A stretch of DNA of 64,000 nt, taken from positions 133,796,001 through 133,860,000 of the forward strand of contig JBITNC010000001.1 in NCBI GenBank assembly GCA_050084985.1, given 5' to 3'. Positions 61,988 to 64,000 of this stretch are shown piece after piece. Within the stretch, counting starts at the first letter, position 1; every line of letters starts with the position of its first letter. Position numbers and translations under genes: made by a program. The notes under the pieces are model-generated. The model did no database searches and was not told the DNA's origin. It was given only the letters and a program-made list of their open reading frames with translations. This DNA comes from Nageia nagi (taxonomy: Eukaryota; Plantae; Pinophyta).

Positions 61988-63875
61988 ATAAAAATGGAGG
62001 CATTTCATGCATCACATTATTCTCAACAGTACCTTCAAATCGACAGTGAGAGTGATCTCCCCTTCTGGTTACATCAGCCTACATCTTCCCTTGGATTGAG
62101 GATGTTCGTAGGAAAATTTAAGGTTTGCTCACATCAATTGAGTATCAAGACAAACCATCATTTAGCTTGGGACCTGGGAGTCTTTCACCTTTGCTCACTT
62201 GAAACTGTGTATGAAGACCACTTCATCTTCTGGCGTTCAATATACTATGAGATCAAAGGCAGATACCATTGCCATTTTAGAGACTGACATAGATCAATGT
62301 CCACATTTTTTTAGTAACTTGATTAGCATTGCTTAGCTCTTTACCTTTGAGAGACCTTTCTCCTTTGGAAGCATCTTATGTCCAGCACTCAACATTCGAC
62401 ATGCGACCGCCACATCACATCTTTTTTTCAAGCTTTCACCCCTAAGGAGGAACGTAGGAGATGGTGTGTCAATCCTCTTCTCCCTACACATCGCACTAGG
62501 AGGCACCTCCAAGATCGCTCAACCCTGTTGAGAACTCAACAAATCACTTTTTTTTCCCCTATAGCAACACTACCACATATATGGTTTTCGGCAACTAGTG
62601 TACTCACTAGAGACCAGGATGACACTCAATGGATCATGCTTAAATTTAGACTGCTACCTTATTTAGGGTTTAGATCATCCATTCATGGATGCATTTGTAC
62701 TTGTTTTTTTTATTATTTTTATGTTTTCTTTAGTGAGAGACCTTTAGAGGTTTTCCTGGTTTGCTGACCATGCTTGTACCTAACAGTCCCATTGACAACT
62801 TTTGGTCACCCAAGGGCATTAATATACTCTTTCTTTCTCCAATGCTTATTGTTGAATGTCCTTTTTATTTAGATTTGATATTTGCAGCTGTCCATTCTAA
62901 CCTTTGTTCCATGAATTTGCTGAGAATCTCCTTGATATGAGTCCTTTTACCAGGTATATTGCATTTTTTCTTGTGAGGATTGGTTGCTTTTACTCCTAAT
63001 GAAACAAACTTCTTTCTTGTTATCAAACTTCCTGGGTCTCTCTCATGTGTTTTGTTTAAGAAAAAGTAGTTCACAAAATGCTTCATAAGTAAACTTTGCA
63101 TTTACATCTCCAAGTAAACTTTTCATTTACATCTTCAATTGTATTTTGTGAAATTCAAATGTAATACCAAACACCTAAGTGTCCCTTCAGAATTATTCAA
63201 AATGTCCTCGAATACTTATGAACCCTTCTTGCAGTATTTTGTACCAAATTCTTCTAGCTTCTTTGAATGTTAAGTGGCTAAAGCAAGGTAGTACTCATTT
63301 CGATCAAACTCAACAATGCCAAAACTTCTTCAACTGACAATCTATTTAATGTTCTTTCCAAAAATCTTTCATAAGCCTAAGCCTGCTAGTGTGGAGTTAA
63401 GGTTCTCTCCATACTAGCTTAATTACAAGCATAACACCTCCTCTGCTTTGATCTTATAATATTCCTTGCCCTCTGCTATGGGAATTTGCATAACTTGAGA
63501 CCCTAGTTTTCTTGGTGGAGATGGCTCAACCTCATGTTGCTCAGGCAACTGCCTAAGCTTCAAGTGGAGGAGGTGCAAAAAGGCTTTCTTTCCATCATAA
63601 ATCCAACCTTTTTCCACGGAAACAGGCTAAACACGTGATAGAACTTCCTTTCTTTCACCTGCTTTCAGTGGAAACTCGTTGCTGGTCCACCATGAACATT
63701 CCCCATTCAACAACAGTTTTCTTCGCGGTACCTTCAAACTAATTCATTTGGATGAAACTGCATCTCTCTTCATACTGAAACTCTCCACTCATGTGACATG
63801 AGAAACAAGTATCATAAGATTATAAATTTGTTAAAAATAGTTCCTGGTTTTACTTTTTCTCTAGGCTTAACTTGC

Positions 63876-63975
63876 TTGAAACCCATTATCATAAACGTCC
63901 ATTATTTGATCAAGAGGAATAAAAGCATTAGCATCATTTCCAAAGTCCCTGTCCTCATTAATGTCATAGCTCAAA
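63876..63975 (-). other. Putative exon (LSYDINEDRDFGNDANAFIPLDQIMDVYDNGFQ)
   Basis: Strong acceptor TTATGTTTGTTCTCTGCAG, open frame, possible GC donor GCAAGT. Product not recognised. Confidence 0.35.
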
Positions 63976-64000
63976 CTGCAGAGAACAAACATAAGCAGAT

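Overview
AT-rich, largely CpG-depleted nuclear DNA from a large-genome land plant, most likely a gymnosperm (inferred from the TE repertoire, not proven). It contains no recognisable intact host gene, no RNA gene and no CRISPR array. The window consists mainly of two nests of LTR retrotransposons separated by a low-copy island. (1) 1-30.4 kb is an old nest. A Ty3/Gypsy pol is split by a solo LTR (4145-16810) that hosts a non-coding LTR element (4410-16393). It is split again by a full-length degenerate Ty1/Copia (16844-28676, TSD CACTA), which carries a 2.4-kb gag-only element in its RT (24187-26588, TSD CTACC). (2) 35-38.7 kb and 62-64 kb are less CpG-depleted and contain a Mutator-like MITE and minus-strand exon-like pieces. 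(3) 38.7-62 kb is a younger nest with four copies (D1-D4) of one TG...CA-bounded family around a scrambled chromovirus-like element. The most striking observation is that family D appears to have giant LTRs (about 6.9 kb in D3). Each carries its own TATA-driven ORF (770 codons in D3) upstream of the canonical LTR TATA box. The ORF is preceded by subfamily-specific arrays of inverted GGCGC-containing units and by a conserved terminal double hairpin. This is a candidate LTR-encoded protein plus cognate-site system. All alignments and translations were done by eye, and function is hypothesis only.
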